From assembly GCA_003971905.1 (NCBI GenBank), contig RSEE01000007.1, positions 868,001 to 932,000 of the forward strand: DNA of 64,000 bases, written 5' to 3'. Shown piece after piece: positions 1-11,884 of the stretch (its first letter is position 1; every line of letters begins with the position of its first letter). The notes under the pieces were generated by a model. The model was not told the origin of the DNA. It searched no databases and saw nothing but the letters and a program-made list of their open reading frames with translations. This stretch comes from Moniliella sp. 'wahieum' (Eukaryota). The translations under genes were made by a program, and so were the position numbers.

Positions 1-1404
1 AATCAGGACGGGGCAAAGTGCAAAATGAAAGGGAAAAGGACACACATTTTGCAACGCCTTGTAGTTGGATCCAAAGTTGGAAAAATCGGGAGGCTTCCAT
101 CCCATGACGAGAAAGTAGATGTGGGACAGCAGCCTGTCATAGTCGAGGTCGATCCAAAGAATTTAGCCTTGTGTTTGACCGTGAGTGTTTTCAGCTGTGC
201 GTCACGGGACGCAGTGATGTACTCGGTGCAGTGTCCGGGTCAAATAGGTCAAAATCGAGAATCTTGCGAATGCGTGGGTCGTAGTTGTAAATCTGGGTGC
301 GAGGATCTTTTAGCCACGAGACACCCGGATTGAATAAGACACGGTCCAATCCGTGCGCAAGGCGCGGTGGCTCACTTGGTCAAGGGAGCCACCTCCTTCA
401 ACTGTACTTCTTCGGGGACAATGGAACCCTTGCAATTCCACCGTTTAGGAGACGAAGCAGCCCTTTGTCGTTAATATTGACCTGTAAATGTTTGCCTGCA
501 ATGGCATCGGCGCGAGTGAAAAGATGAGGCTTGGTGAGCATGGCTGGGCGTTCACGATAGACGTCGTAGAAGAGCGGCCGCTGGAGCGGACTGTTGCTCG
601 TATAGCCCACGTCGCTGGGCGAAACAAAGCTATCGTCAAGGTTGTAGACCCCTGGGCCCGGAGAGTGTGGAAGACGCTCCAGTACGTTTCCGCACAGCGT
701 TAATCGCGTCTTGGAGGCGCCTGTTGGCGTACGCTTCAAATTTTTGTTCGTCCTCGGGTGTATCGGAAGCGCCGGACGCTTCTTCTTCCAATCAGACGAG
801 GAAGATGGCGATCTCGAAGTGTCTTCGGTTTCTCGGCTGCAGTCTTAGGCCGGCGGATTGAAGAGCCTGCTTCTGTACCGCCTCGAGTTGCTGTTGGGCC
901 AACTTGATTTGGTCTTGTAGAGCTTCGACGTGTGGCAAGGGGGATGCATCCGTCCAGGATCGTGGTCGCATATCCAGTTTGGAAGCAAGGGGGCGAGAAA
1001 GCACTGGGCTCGGCTGGGAAGGGCCAGGGGCGATAGCCGCCTGAATGGCCGCATTAGATGCTTGCCTGGCACCGGAGGAAATGTTGTGAACTAATGGTCG
1101 TTTCTGGGGGGAGTGGCGATATTTAGGCGTGGGTGTGGGTGTGAGCTTGGCTTTGGGCGGGGACTTGAGATAAGGCTTGGACTTGGGCTTATCTGGAGCA
1201 TACGGGCGTGCGGTCGAGGGCGATGGGATGTCGGGGAAGGGGAAGAGGACGGGGAAGAGGAAGGGGAAGAGGCAGGAGAAGAGGAAGAAAAAAACGAATA
1301 GGAAGACGAGGACAAGGCCGCTCGACAGGCCGGCAGCGGGGCGACGCGAGCGCGTGGATGGGGGTGTCCGGAGCATGCGAAGGCCCATCTGCCTGCGGGA
1401 GCAT
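1..1404 (-). CDS. Hypothetical protein with low-complexity Ser/Pro-rich N-terminus; probably runs off the left edge
   Basis: Chain of overlapping minus-strand ORFs (792-1442, 398-739) with protein-like segments (LQDQIKLAQQQLEAVQKQ; PLFYDVYRERPAMLTKPHLF), divergent from the gene at 1708. No family recognised. Confidence 0.3.
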
Positions 1405-1707
1405 GGCGGGCGCGCACCTCTTTGCCACAGCATCGTGCTCACCCTCGTGTTGGTTGGACAGGCTGGAGCAGGCCAAGCGACACGCCGCTTGAGAAGGCGG
1501 ACAGCTCAGCGGCCCTGGGGCGGAAGGAAAAATGCGACTTTTATGATTCCGCCGGCCGTCTTCGCAAGCTAATTTAACTAGCCTGCTCTCTGAAATTGCA
1601 ACAAGCTGCTTCACGCTTCGGGCAAGAAAGAGCCTGCCATGGGCAAGTGACTGCCACCCGACCCCCCCCGACCCCCAAGGCCCCGAGCGCCCCCATCAGC
1701 CCCACCT

Positions 1708-3110
1708 ATGAGCGCCAGCTCGCTGGCCGAGCGCACCCGCCTGCTCACCACCGCCGACATCCTCCCCGCCCCCCTGGCGTGTCAGCGGCGACGATTGCGG
1801 CGCTTCGGATTGTGCTTTCCCTTGCCGGGCTTCCCTCCCACGACCGCCGCATCCTTGATCTTCGCCCCGTCGCCCTCTTTGCCCAAACCCACCTGTGCCA
1901 CAGCGTGAATGTACCGCAGGGGCCCGACGCGCTGGTCACCCGCTTCAGCTCTCTTCCGCCCCGCAACGTCCCGTTTGTCGTTCTGCCAGCGCCAGCACGA
2001 GGCCTGGGTCCGCAACAACCTGGGTGGTCTCCGTCGCCGCGTCAAGGCGTCGTGCTCTGTCCTGATGTACCCACAGAGGGCGAGCACAATGCGCAGCACA
2101 ACCTTCTTCTCCATCAAGACGAGAGTTTTGGCGCCTGGCCCGTATTTTCCGGCTTACCGCCACCACACCCCCCGGCACTGTCCCCGCAGACCGCTTGGTC
2201 CTCCCCCTCGACCGCCCTCGATTCCTCGGCCTGCCGCCCCTGTGGTCCAGCGCACCGCCCAATATTACCCGCCAGCTCGGTCCTGATGAGGTGCGGAAGA
2301 TGAGTGTGGACCTGGGCTGTGGAGCAGGGAGAGACATTGCCTGCTGTGCTATGAGCATGGCTGGCGCCCCCGTGGCCCGGAGTCGACTGGACCGCTGTTG
2401 GGCCGACAATCTCCGTCCTGTCTTGGAGCGCGCGAGGGTGGTGCTGGATGACTTTGGATTGTTCGCCCCGCCCGATAACAAGTACGGGAGAATTACCAAA
2501 TTGGTCTGGTCCGAGGTTCGTCGGGACGGGTCGATGGGGGCCTTGTCGGGGCCGGGTCGTGGTCCTCGCTCGGCGAGTCGGTTGGACGCTGGCCCGTCTG
2601 CCGTTCCGCTCAGCCAGTTGGGAGAGTGATCCGGATCAGTTGTTGCAGCGGAGGGAGGATCTGCAACAGTTTGCTCACCAGTATCTCGACCCTGACCCGA
2701 ATGCAGACAGGGGACTTTGACTACGTTTGATCTCCTTCTCTTTGTCCGCTTTCTGCCACGCCAACTCTTACTTGCCCTCCCTGCCCTCTCCCACCCGGCA
2801 CTCTCGTTGTCATCTCGCACTTTTATGACTTGGCTGCCGATCCGCGTGGCCACCGCCGGACGAAGGCGAACGTCATCTTCCCGCCTGGAACGGGTTACAT
2901 CCCTCACGCTCCGACTCTGGCCTCGGTCCGAGTACGAGGGGCCTCCGCCTCAGGCTCGGATTGCCCCGGGCGACATGGAGCGTTTGGTGGCGGTGTGGAA
3001 TGAGGTCCCGATTGCGGGGGCACCAAACCTGGTCGATCGTCGAGCAAATTGTCGAGCCCATCGAAGACGGTCGGCCGGTGCTCAGTACCGTCCTGCGTCG
3101 ATTACAATAG
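1708..3110 (+). CDS. Rhodanese-like domain fused to class I SAM-dependent methyltransferase (TehB-like); frameshifted in this sequence
   Basis: ILDLRPVALFAQTHLCHSVNVP resembles the rhodanese N-terminal motif; SVDLGCGAGRD is SAM motif I; FDLLLFVRFLPR follows; C-terminus PIEDGRPVLSTVLRRLQ ends at TAG 3108-3110. Confidence 0.7.
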
Positions 3111-3970
3111 ACCGGGGTAGGCTGGCTCGCTGGTTCTGGGATCGTGGCATTTGACTGTGTGCACTTGAGCGCCTCGCCGTCCCGTGCCTACCAGAATCTG
3201 GGCACACATTTTTCCTCTAAGACCAGAGCGTAGTGACTTCATTCTACCCGCTTGTTGAATGATCGATCTATCGACGTAGAAGGCCAAACACGCAATCGAC
3301 TATACTTCGAACGCGGCTTGCGACGAGCAGGACGTCCGCTGCGCGGTCAATGTATTACGAACTGAAAAAGCCATGGCGAACGGTGTAGGAGCGCCAACCA
3401 GGCTCACGGGTAAAGTGAACGTCAACGACAGGGTAATGGCACCAATGAGCTGTTCAACACCAACAGCAAGGCGATCCGATATGAGTGGGCACGAGAAAAC
3501 AAAAAAAGAAAGATGGGAGGTCCAGAGATCAAAGGCTGACTAAGTTAAATTGATGGGAACAAGGGAGGGAAGAGTGATCTCTCCTCGACCTCGAGCAGGG
3601 GCTCCAGAACAGGAAACAATGCGCGGTGGGAAGGCGGACAACCGCAAGCGCCAAGGCGCCCTAGAGCCCTGAAGAGCGGGGGCTGGAAGGTGAAAGGGGG
3701 AGGGCAGGGGGGATGAAGGCCAGTACGCCTAATAGTGTTGCTGTCGACCACAGTAGAGAGTATACCAAGCACAGGCAGGACACGAAGGCGTGGCACTAAG
3801 ATTGGGATGTGGCCGCGAATGCGGAAAGAGGGCGGGTGCGATAGGCACTCAGCGAGCCTGTGGTGGGGAATAGAATGATCAAGGAGAGGGAGAAGGGGAG
3901 ACTCAAGGAGAAGGGGTAGAAAAGGTCAAGGTCCATGTGAATCAAGTACCAAGAGCCACAACGAGCGAGT

Positions 3971-5270
3971 TCAGAGTAGCGCCGTCTCGCGTAACGCGTT
4001 CTGAACAATCGTATCCTTGATGTCTATAAAAACCTGTTCGATGTCTTTGGTGTCGGTAGCCTGGGTGAGGTGCGGGTAGATGGGGAGCTTGGCACGGTTG
4101 AGCTGAGTGAAGCGCCAGAGCACATATCGCGCCGCCTTTGTACGTCAGGGCCTCCCGTTATTCAGGGAAAAATTTCTCCAACGGCACCCGCTTGATCTTT
4201 TTCTGGAACACGTCCACCTTGTTTAGAAAGAGAATCACCGAAGACCGAGCAAACCAGCGCGAGTTGACCACCGACTCGAACAGAACCAGCGATTCGTCAT
4301 TCGATTCTGCGTCGGTTCCTCCAGCAGCATTGGTCGTACTCTGAGATGGCGACGCAAAGATGATTGAGGTGACCGCTTCGAAACATGAATCCATTTGAAG
4401 CGTTCCGAGCGCTGGCCACCCACATCAAAGAGGTGGATCACGAGGTTGCCCATGGTAAACGTTGTCTCAGTGATCGCCGTGCTCTTGGATCGGGCGCGCA
4501 GCACATCGTCGTTGGTGGGCAGATAGCTGGGGGCCGCAATGCGAGTGGCGTTTTCGAAAAAGTAGGGGCCGCTGTCCATCAGATAGAATTGATCACTGTG
4601 CAGGTCGAGAAGAGTACGCGTGACAGGCGCGTTCCATATTTGCTGGGCGTAGGCCCCCATCTCTGGGGGCAAAGGGTTGACATCGCTCTCCACCTGAGTG
4701 GTCTGAGACGAGGTTGGCATTGGCGGCTCGGAGGGCATCGTCGGTCTCGAGTTCGGCATCCGGCCTGCCTCGGCCTTGTTTGAGCCTGATGCATCGATAT
4801 CGGTGTGAGCGGAAGAAGAAGGCTTGATGGTGAAGTTGAGAACCTTTTGGATGGCGAGACGAGTAGGCGTGTCCTCGGGCTGCAGTTCATACTTGACCAA
4901 AGCCATGGCAATGGTCTGGGCAGACTCGAGAAGATTCTTGGCGATGACAAGACGGTAGTAGAGGAGCTCTGCATGGTTGAAGCCGTCCTTGTGGATGATC
5001 TTCATCTGCTTGCTGATTGTGCTCTTGCCGCTCTCGCCACTGCCGAGAGGAGAAGCTTGAAGGAGCGGCGCTCCTTTTTGACGACGGCAGCGACAGCGGA
5101 CGTGCGGGAGGCGGGGCCATTGGACGGGGTGCCGTTGTTGTGAGCGTGGGGGTGGAGGCGTGGGAGGAGGAGGCGTCGGCGCCCTTTGTGGTGCGGGGAG
5201 TGGATCTAGTGGCAGACGAAGCTGGATGGGACGGCGAGGCGTCGGGCTTGCTGCTGAAGCAGTTCCCCAT
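3971..5270 (-). CDS. Heterotrimeric G protein alpha subunit, divergent member of fungal group III (Gpa3/GNA-3-like)
   Basis: MGNC lipidation start at 5270; [10 protein letters not shown]-loop; [45 protein letters not shown]; ends [14 protein letters not shown] (TGA 3971-3973). Several indels, no obvious introns. Confidence 0.95.
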
Positions 5271-7080
5271 GGTGTGGGCGGCAAGGCATCCCCCTTGGGG
5301 GGGAGGGCGTCCGGGGGGCGAGGGGGGGCGGGGCGCCTGCGGGAGCGTGTGGAGGGGCGGCGGCGGGCGGCGGCGGGAGGGATGGCAGTGTGGGCTGCGT
5401 GCGGCGGCGGGAGCGGGGGGCGAAGGAAGAGAGCGAAGGGGGCGGTGGGCTTGCTGTTGCGCTGGAGGACGGCAATGGGCCAGGAGGAGCGCAGTGTGAG
5501 TGGTGTGAACAGTTCATGTGCACGCGTGAACGCGTGAACGCTGAATGCTGCACGCTCTCCCTCAGCGCCGGCCGAGCGCTGACCACGTGACGCGCAGTCG
5601 ACCCGCACCGCCCATCAACCTCGCTGCGCTGGGCGGGGCAGCCAGCCACACCCGCCCATGTCCTCGACGCCTCGCCTCCCTCGCCCCCCCTTCTGTGGCC
5701 TCCACAGATGCTGCCTTTCCAAGGAAGACGCAGTCCAGAAGCGCTTTGGCGACATCGTATAATGTACCTGAGACCCCCCTCCCGGCGGCACCGCCCCAGT
5801 GTGAGCCGCTGCGACCCCCATGTGGGGATGGGCGGTGCGCCATATGGAGCGCTCCGCCGCGCTCGCCCCCTCCAGCGACCACATCATCGCCCAAAGGCAC
5901 CTGACCCAAATACGAGCCACACATCCCACGCGCCACCCGCAGCCAGGATGATCGATGACGCGGATGAAGCTTCAGAAGCTCCAGCAAGGCTCACTGCCTA
6001 CCTGCCCTTCTTGTCGCTCTCCTCCCGGCGGGCGGGGCTGATCCAGCTAATCCGCCGCTACTCCCTCCGCGCGATCTTTGGCGTGGCGGAGCGGCTCTCG
6101 GTGAACCGCGCGTCATCGACGTGTTCGAAGGACAAGTATGGTATGTCTCAACGAATGTATTGGCCACTCTCCAAAATGCCGCGGTCGTCTGTCCGATTCA
6201 ATGCGGGGCACTCCCACTGCTACTGATGCCGCTGACGGTGACAAGTTGCGGGGCTCGGGGAGCATGCGGCAGTGCGTCGGCCGCTGTGCGTGCATCGCAT
6301 CGCCTAGAGTCTGTATACTATCAAGGTACATGGATGACGTTGCCGTGCCCTACCAGGCATCCTTTTTTTCTGGAACTGGCTGCTTTGATCAACTCTTCTC
6401 CTCGATATCGTCCCCAACCGACCTGACCAACAACAGTCATACATTACCCTCGCCCACCCACACAGAGTAACTTACGTACTAAATGCCAACAATCTCGGGC
6501 CGCTTGGCGTTCAGTCCTAACGCGTAACGACTGATGTGGATCCACAATAATCAAAAGGTGGTGAACACAAATGACGCAGCAGACAATAAAAAGCGGAGAA
6601 CACGGGCCATCGCGAGGTGGGCATATCAGCGCGTGTAGTACGCACAGCGTGTGCAGAAGAAGAGAGATTATCCACGATGGTACGTGTTACGAAGTTGGGA
6701 CGGGACGTTGGACGGTCTCCGGCACGGGTACTGTGTACTGGAGCTAGTTGTGCCCCTGTGTACCGAACAACGAAACGAATAAGGAGAGGATGAGTCACTG
6801 TCAAACTTTGGTGCCAAGAATCCCACGCCAGACCCAGGTGTCATGACGAGACTCAAGTGCCGCTTCCAGCTGGAGAACAATATGGTGATTGCTGGATACT
6901 ATACGGACTGAGTAATGATGCATGTACTGCTGGCTCATTGCGCCCGGTACGCTCCTAGCATCACTCAACGAACACCATCATCGATCGTAACTACATCTCT
7001 CAATCTCAAGTTTCATCGACCACATATGATCGATCATCAACCCACCCTCATATCCTACAGCCTAACCGTATCCTGGAGGG

Positions 7081-7205
7081 TGTTGTGGGCGTCTCCTCCC
7101 GCCACCAGCGGCCGAGAGGGTGCCTTGACAGACAAGCGGAGGGCTGGGGCGCCACAGCCGAGCTGCGGAGACAAGTGGAGGGGGAAAGGGGACGAACGCA
7201 CAACA
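7081..7205. mobile_element. Possible 125-bp solo LTR or TRIM-like relic
   Basis: Begins TGTTGTG and ends CACAACA (perfect 7-bp inverted termini, TG...CA). Flanks GAGGG and GAAGG match 4/5 as a candidate TSD. No second copy in the window. Confidence 0.4.
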
Positions 7206-8490
7206 GAAGGGCGATCACATATGTGCGTTTGTGCTTCTTTTTGGAACGGTTGAGCTTATATTACTTGAGCTCAACACTACGGGCACCCAGGAATTTCCAA
7301 TCGCTACTCCTCCCTTCGTCAGCGTGCCATCGGGCCACCGGCCGTCATTAATCATTTTGCCACACGGAATGAATGGTCAGATCTCGGATCGCACATCTCA
7401 GACGGAGGAGAGGAAGCAAGGAACGTCTCATGCTGACTGGACAGGCCGCAGTGGCTAGTGGCGTGAAGCTTGAAGCTTGAAGCGCGTCAAGTAGAATCTG
7501 ATTTTAAAGAAGGCCCTCAGTCCTGCATGTGAAAACACGGCTTCTCTCTCCATTCCCTAATTGCAGGATTCGTTGTTGTGTTTGAAGGATGGGAGCCCTG
7601 GGCACCAGATCATCGTCAGCGGGTCAACACGTCAGCCGTCACCTGGGTGAGCAAGAGACGCAGATCGCTCAATGGTACTAGTAGTGGTGGTGGAGAAGAA
7701 AGATCCAGTCGGCAGTAGGTATGAGAAGGTTTTGGCTAACGTGGGCTATTTAAAAAGGGATGTTCAAACATAGCAGCTACCTAGCTCAGGCGGAAGAGCG
7801 GTGGGCTCATAAATTACCTTGTGACCCACAGGTCGTCGGATCAAGACCGACGGTAGCTACTTTTTTTTATTTTGCCGTAGTTATACGCTGGTTGGGCTGG
7901 TGCAGCTCTCGGTGAGGCTGGATACGTCGCTGTTCAATCAATGTCGATGGGGGGCATCGGGCTATCAAATACAGCCGTGGGAACGGGGTATTGCTCACCA
8001 TCTATCCCGAGGGAACTAACCCACTTCCTCCTGCCCTGGTTCAACATGCGATTACGTCGCCTCCTTGACCTGCACCAAAAGGGCCTGCAGATGGTCCGAC
8101 AACATTACCTGCCGTGTCCTCTCCCGCCCGACGCGCACCAGCGCTCTTAACCCAGCCCAGCTTCAAGCTTCAGCCCTCAGCACCCTCGGCGTGGCCCTCG
8201 ATTCCCTAGCGCAGAGAATCCCATCTATATCCAACAGTAAGTGAGGGCATGTACATCGGCGCTCCAATGAAAGTGCTCATCTTTTACACAAGCCAAGTTC
8301 GCCACCACATGCAAGTGGTCCACGGTGCGGACGAAATAGGCCGGTACATGGCGGCTTGGTGGCCCAGCGTCGTAAGGGGAGCAGTGAGTATAACGGATAG
8401 CAGGGGTATTCGGGTCGTCAATTCGAAGTGTGTATAGTGGGGGGGGGGGGGGGGGCTCGTGGCTGGGGTAGGATGATGAGGCGAGACGGG

Positions 8491-9596
8491 TCAAGTATGG
8501 AGTTTTCTTCGGTCATGGACATCGTCCTGTACGGGGTCCAAGAACGGGTTCTCGGGAAGCGAGGTGGCGACCGAATGGATCGAGCCAAGCGCATCCCCTT
8601 GCAGTTCCTCGTCCAAGACAGAATCCACCCTGGGGAAACCGCCACGGGAAGAAACACTGCGGTGGATGCTATCGCTGGTGGAAGAAAGCGAGGATCGGGA
8701 GACACCATATCGCTCTGCATACTGCTGGGCCAGAGGAGCCGAAGGATGTCGCCGAACACCAGGATGGGCGCGGGCAGAGTGGCGAGAAAGACGGCTTTGG
8801 TCAGAGGACCGTACAGAGGGCGAGGACACCAAGGATGGCTCTCTTCGCTCCAACCCAGTATCGTCCCGTAGGGTGCTCGACACACTGCCATGTCGTGACA
8901 TTGCCGAGGCCTGGTGCCGGTTGCGCACACTTTGGCTGCGCTGGAAGCGGTTTTCGCCGCGCAGACTCTGTTCAAATGGATCGCGGGTGTGAGAGTGGGA
9001 GCGACGGAGGGAACGAGAAAACGTGCCGGTCCTTAGCAGGCCGTTGCCCGGGGCGCGGGAAGATGACGTCGCGTGCCGGTCCAACGCCCAGGGAAGGGGG
9101 ATGGAAGACATCAGGCCAGGGGACGATGCCGGTGCGTAGGAGTCCCGCCGTGTGTCGCCCGTGACAGGATCAACCATCTCGTCACGGCGCTGGCGGCCGG
9201 AATACGAGTCGTCATGCGCGCTTTCATCATCGTCACGACTGGCGGTGGATGCACGGCGATAAGCTGCTCGCGGCGGGAGTCCATAACCAAGCCAGAGCGG
9301 ACCGCCCAGGCGGGGGAGTGGTGTTTGCGCACAGTCACATTCTGGATCCAAAAGTTGTGGATATGGCCTGGAATGTAGCCGCAGCACGTCAGGATGACGT
9401 TGATGTAAAAGTCGATGCCAATGCCAAAGCGTATGGCGACCGCAAACGGGGGCAGGATCCAACCACAGAGCAGAACACCAAGACGAAGAGCCGGTGGTGA
9501 CGCTGGAGAGGGGCGCCGGAATGGTGGCTCCTGCGGTGATTGCCCGCCTGGCGGGTGGGGCGGGGTTGGGCGGAGGCGGGAGGATGCGTAAGCCAT
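8491..9596 (-). CDS. Pmp3/UPF0057 proteolipid-domain protein with long hydrophilic C-terminal tail
   Basis: VLLCGWILPPFAVAIRFGIGIDFYINVILTCCGYIPGHIHNFWI matches the Pmp3 two-TM signature. The Arg/Ser-rich tail continues in another frame; 3' end uncertain (8418-8491). Confidence 0.75.
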
Positions 9597-11884
9597 GGCT
9601 GGGAATGCGGGTAGCGCATGCAGCAGCAGTGGTGCGCTGATGGTGGTGGTGGTGGCAATGGCGCGGACGGAGGCCGCAAGGGAAGCAGCTCGGACCAAGC
9701 CCAGCGGGTGGGAGGCGGGGGTGGCTGGTGGGCTCCGGCAGCTGGCCACGGTTCGCTGGGGACTTGCGCCAGTGGGGGGAGGGGCGGCGGGCAGGGGACG
9801 GGAGGCAAGCGGGGGAAAGAAGGAACAGGCAGGTGGGTTGATAAACGACGGCTGGTGCCAGAAGCCGACGAGACGACCGATGAGCTCGATCGATGAGCTC
9901 AGGGCGAGCGGTGAGGCCGGTGAGGACCCGTGGTATGTGACAGTGTGTGACATGCGCCATGGGATGCAGTGACCGGGTGCTGAGACAGCGGCAGTCCCTG
10001 GCAGCGCGGGAGGCAGCGCGGAGGCAGCGCGGAACAGTGCGGGGCTGGGGAGGGCCGCGGCCGGTGCTGCATGTGATGTGGCAATCATCGATGGGCCATG
10101 GCTGGTCGTCGGGCACGGGGCCAGCGCCGAGCCTGGCGCCTGGCCCCGCAGCACGAGCAGCGGCGCTGTGTCGGCAAGCTCCACGGAGCTTTCGGAGCGC
10201 GCCCAGGCTGCCAGGGGGGGCATGCACCTCCTTGCTGGGTGGTGGGTGTATTCCTCGGTACGCGTTGCTCCTGAATACGAATCCGAATGCATTCGCACGA
10301 CGGCGTTCCTATCCTTTTCCTGGTTTGATTCTGAGCTGCCGCGGGGCTGGCTTTTTGGTACGAGCCATGCGAAAGGCGCCCGGCTTGCCTTGGCTGCTTG
10401 GCCATGAACATGTAAGTGTGCTGATGCATGATGCGTTACGCGTTACGCGTTACGCGTTACGCATTGTGCCTTAGGGCATCTCCGAATCCCACGGCCTGAC
10501 CTGGTTCCCATATTCGAGAACAACCCTTGACACTTTTCTTGACTTGAGACTGTCGAGTCAAAACGTTTCGTTTATGTCCGTTTCCTCCTCTCCCACAGTC
10601 CATTCCCGCAGCCATGCATTGTAAGAATGTCTTCTACGCGCTAGCACTCTTCTTCCAGTCAAGCGCCGTGCTTCAAAAGCTTCAAAAGTAACTATACTGA
10701 CATGGGGAAGAGGGCGGAGCTGACGGGCAGCGCTCAAAATCACCGTTGGTACCGCGGGTCTCCACGCGCTGAGGCTGAACACGCTGAGCGCTGAGCCCAG
10801 GCTGAGGCTGAGGATGGGCGCTAAGTGTAAGTGTAAGTGTAACATTTTAACATGCAAGCCCAAAGCCACACGAAGAGCCCCCAGTTTGAACGTGTGGCAA
10901 CGTGTGGCCGTGGCGCCTGCGCATTTCCATTTGCATTTCCGTTTGCACGGTCCAAGTGATCATCGATCACATCCCCCAGCTCTCGTTGGCTTTTTATACC
11001 GGGCATAACGCGTAACGTGCACGGACAAGCATGGTATTACTTGTGTAGTCCCCGTCGGCCCGATCGGGCCCGCCGAGGTCGTCACGCGTCACGTAAACGT
11101 TTTGATTTCTCCCCTTGTCAAGCTTCAAGCTTCAAGCTGCAAGTTGCAAGCTCTTCAAGTACGCGTCAGGCTCAGGCGCTCATCGATCCTCCACCATCCC
11201 TCGCGTCGGCGGCTTGGCTGTCAGTTGCCGGGGAGCAGAGGCCGCTGGCTGTCTTGGCGCTCTTTCTGTTGGTTGCAGTCATTGGCAAAAACGTCAGTAC
11301 GCGCGTCACGCGTCAGTACCGTCAGTACTCAGTACCAGTGGAGAGGAAAACGAGTGACTAGTGACATAGTGACTCAAACGCTCAAACGCTCAAGTGGAGA
11401 GCCTTAAATTGAAGCTGATCGCGTTGGAGTACTGAGAATCGGACGGGGACTGGCGTTGCTGGATCCCTTTCCTCCTACAGGCTTTTCTTTCCCTTTCCCT
11501 CTTCGCTTCTCGCTTCCCCCCCGTTGTTGTAGCCAACAAAGTGCGCTCCAGAAGCGCGGCAAACACACACGTTCGGGCAAGTAGACCGTAGCCATTCAAT
11601 TGCATGCAGACTGCCGCGTCCCTGCTCCGCCTCCTACTCTATCCACTCGGTCACCCGCCTGGATCGCAGCGTCTGAGATCCGAACGTCAATTGGGCCCAC
11701 CCCTGCGCTCCATCCCAGCCCTCTGCCACCTCCTAGTACCACTACCACTACAACACGTAGAGTGTTCTGAGTGTTCTGCTTGTACGTCACCATGCATTCC
11801 CCACGTGGATTTGCTACAAACAGATTGCGGCGGCGGGGAGGGGGGGCGCTGCCCGCTCATCATCATGCATCATATCTCCCCCGC

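Noticed and set aside
8491..10298. Long overlapping or antisense ORFs in GC-rich tracts (also 1945-2907, 17117-18163, 53188-53988)
   Set aside because: Expected from stop-codon scarcity at high GC; low-complexity Arg/Pro/Ala translations with no motifs.
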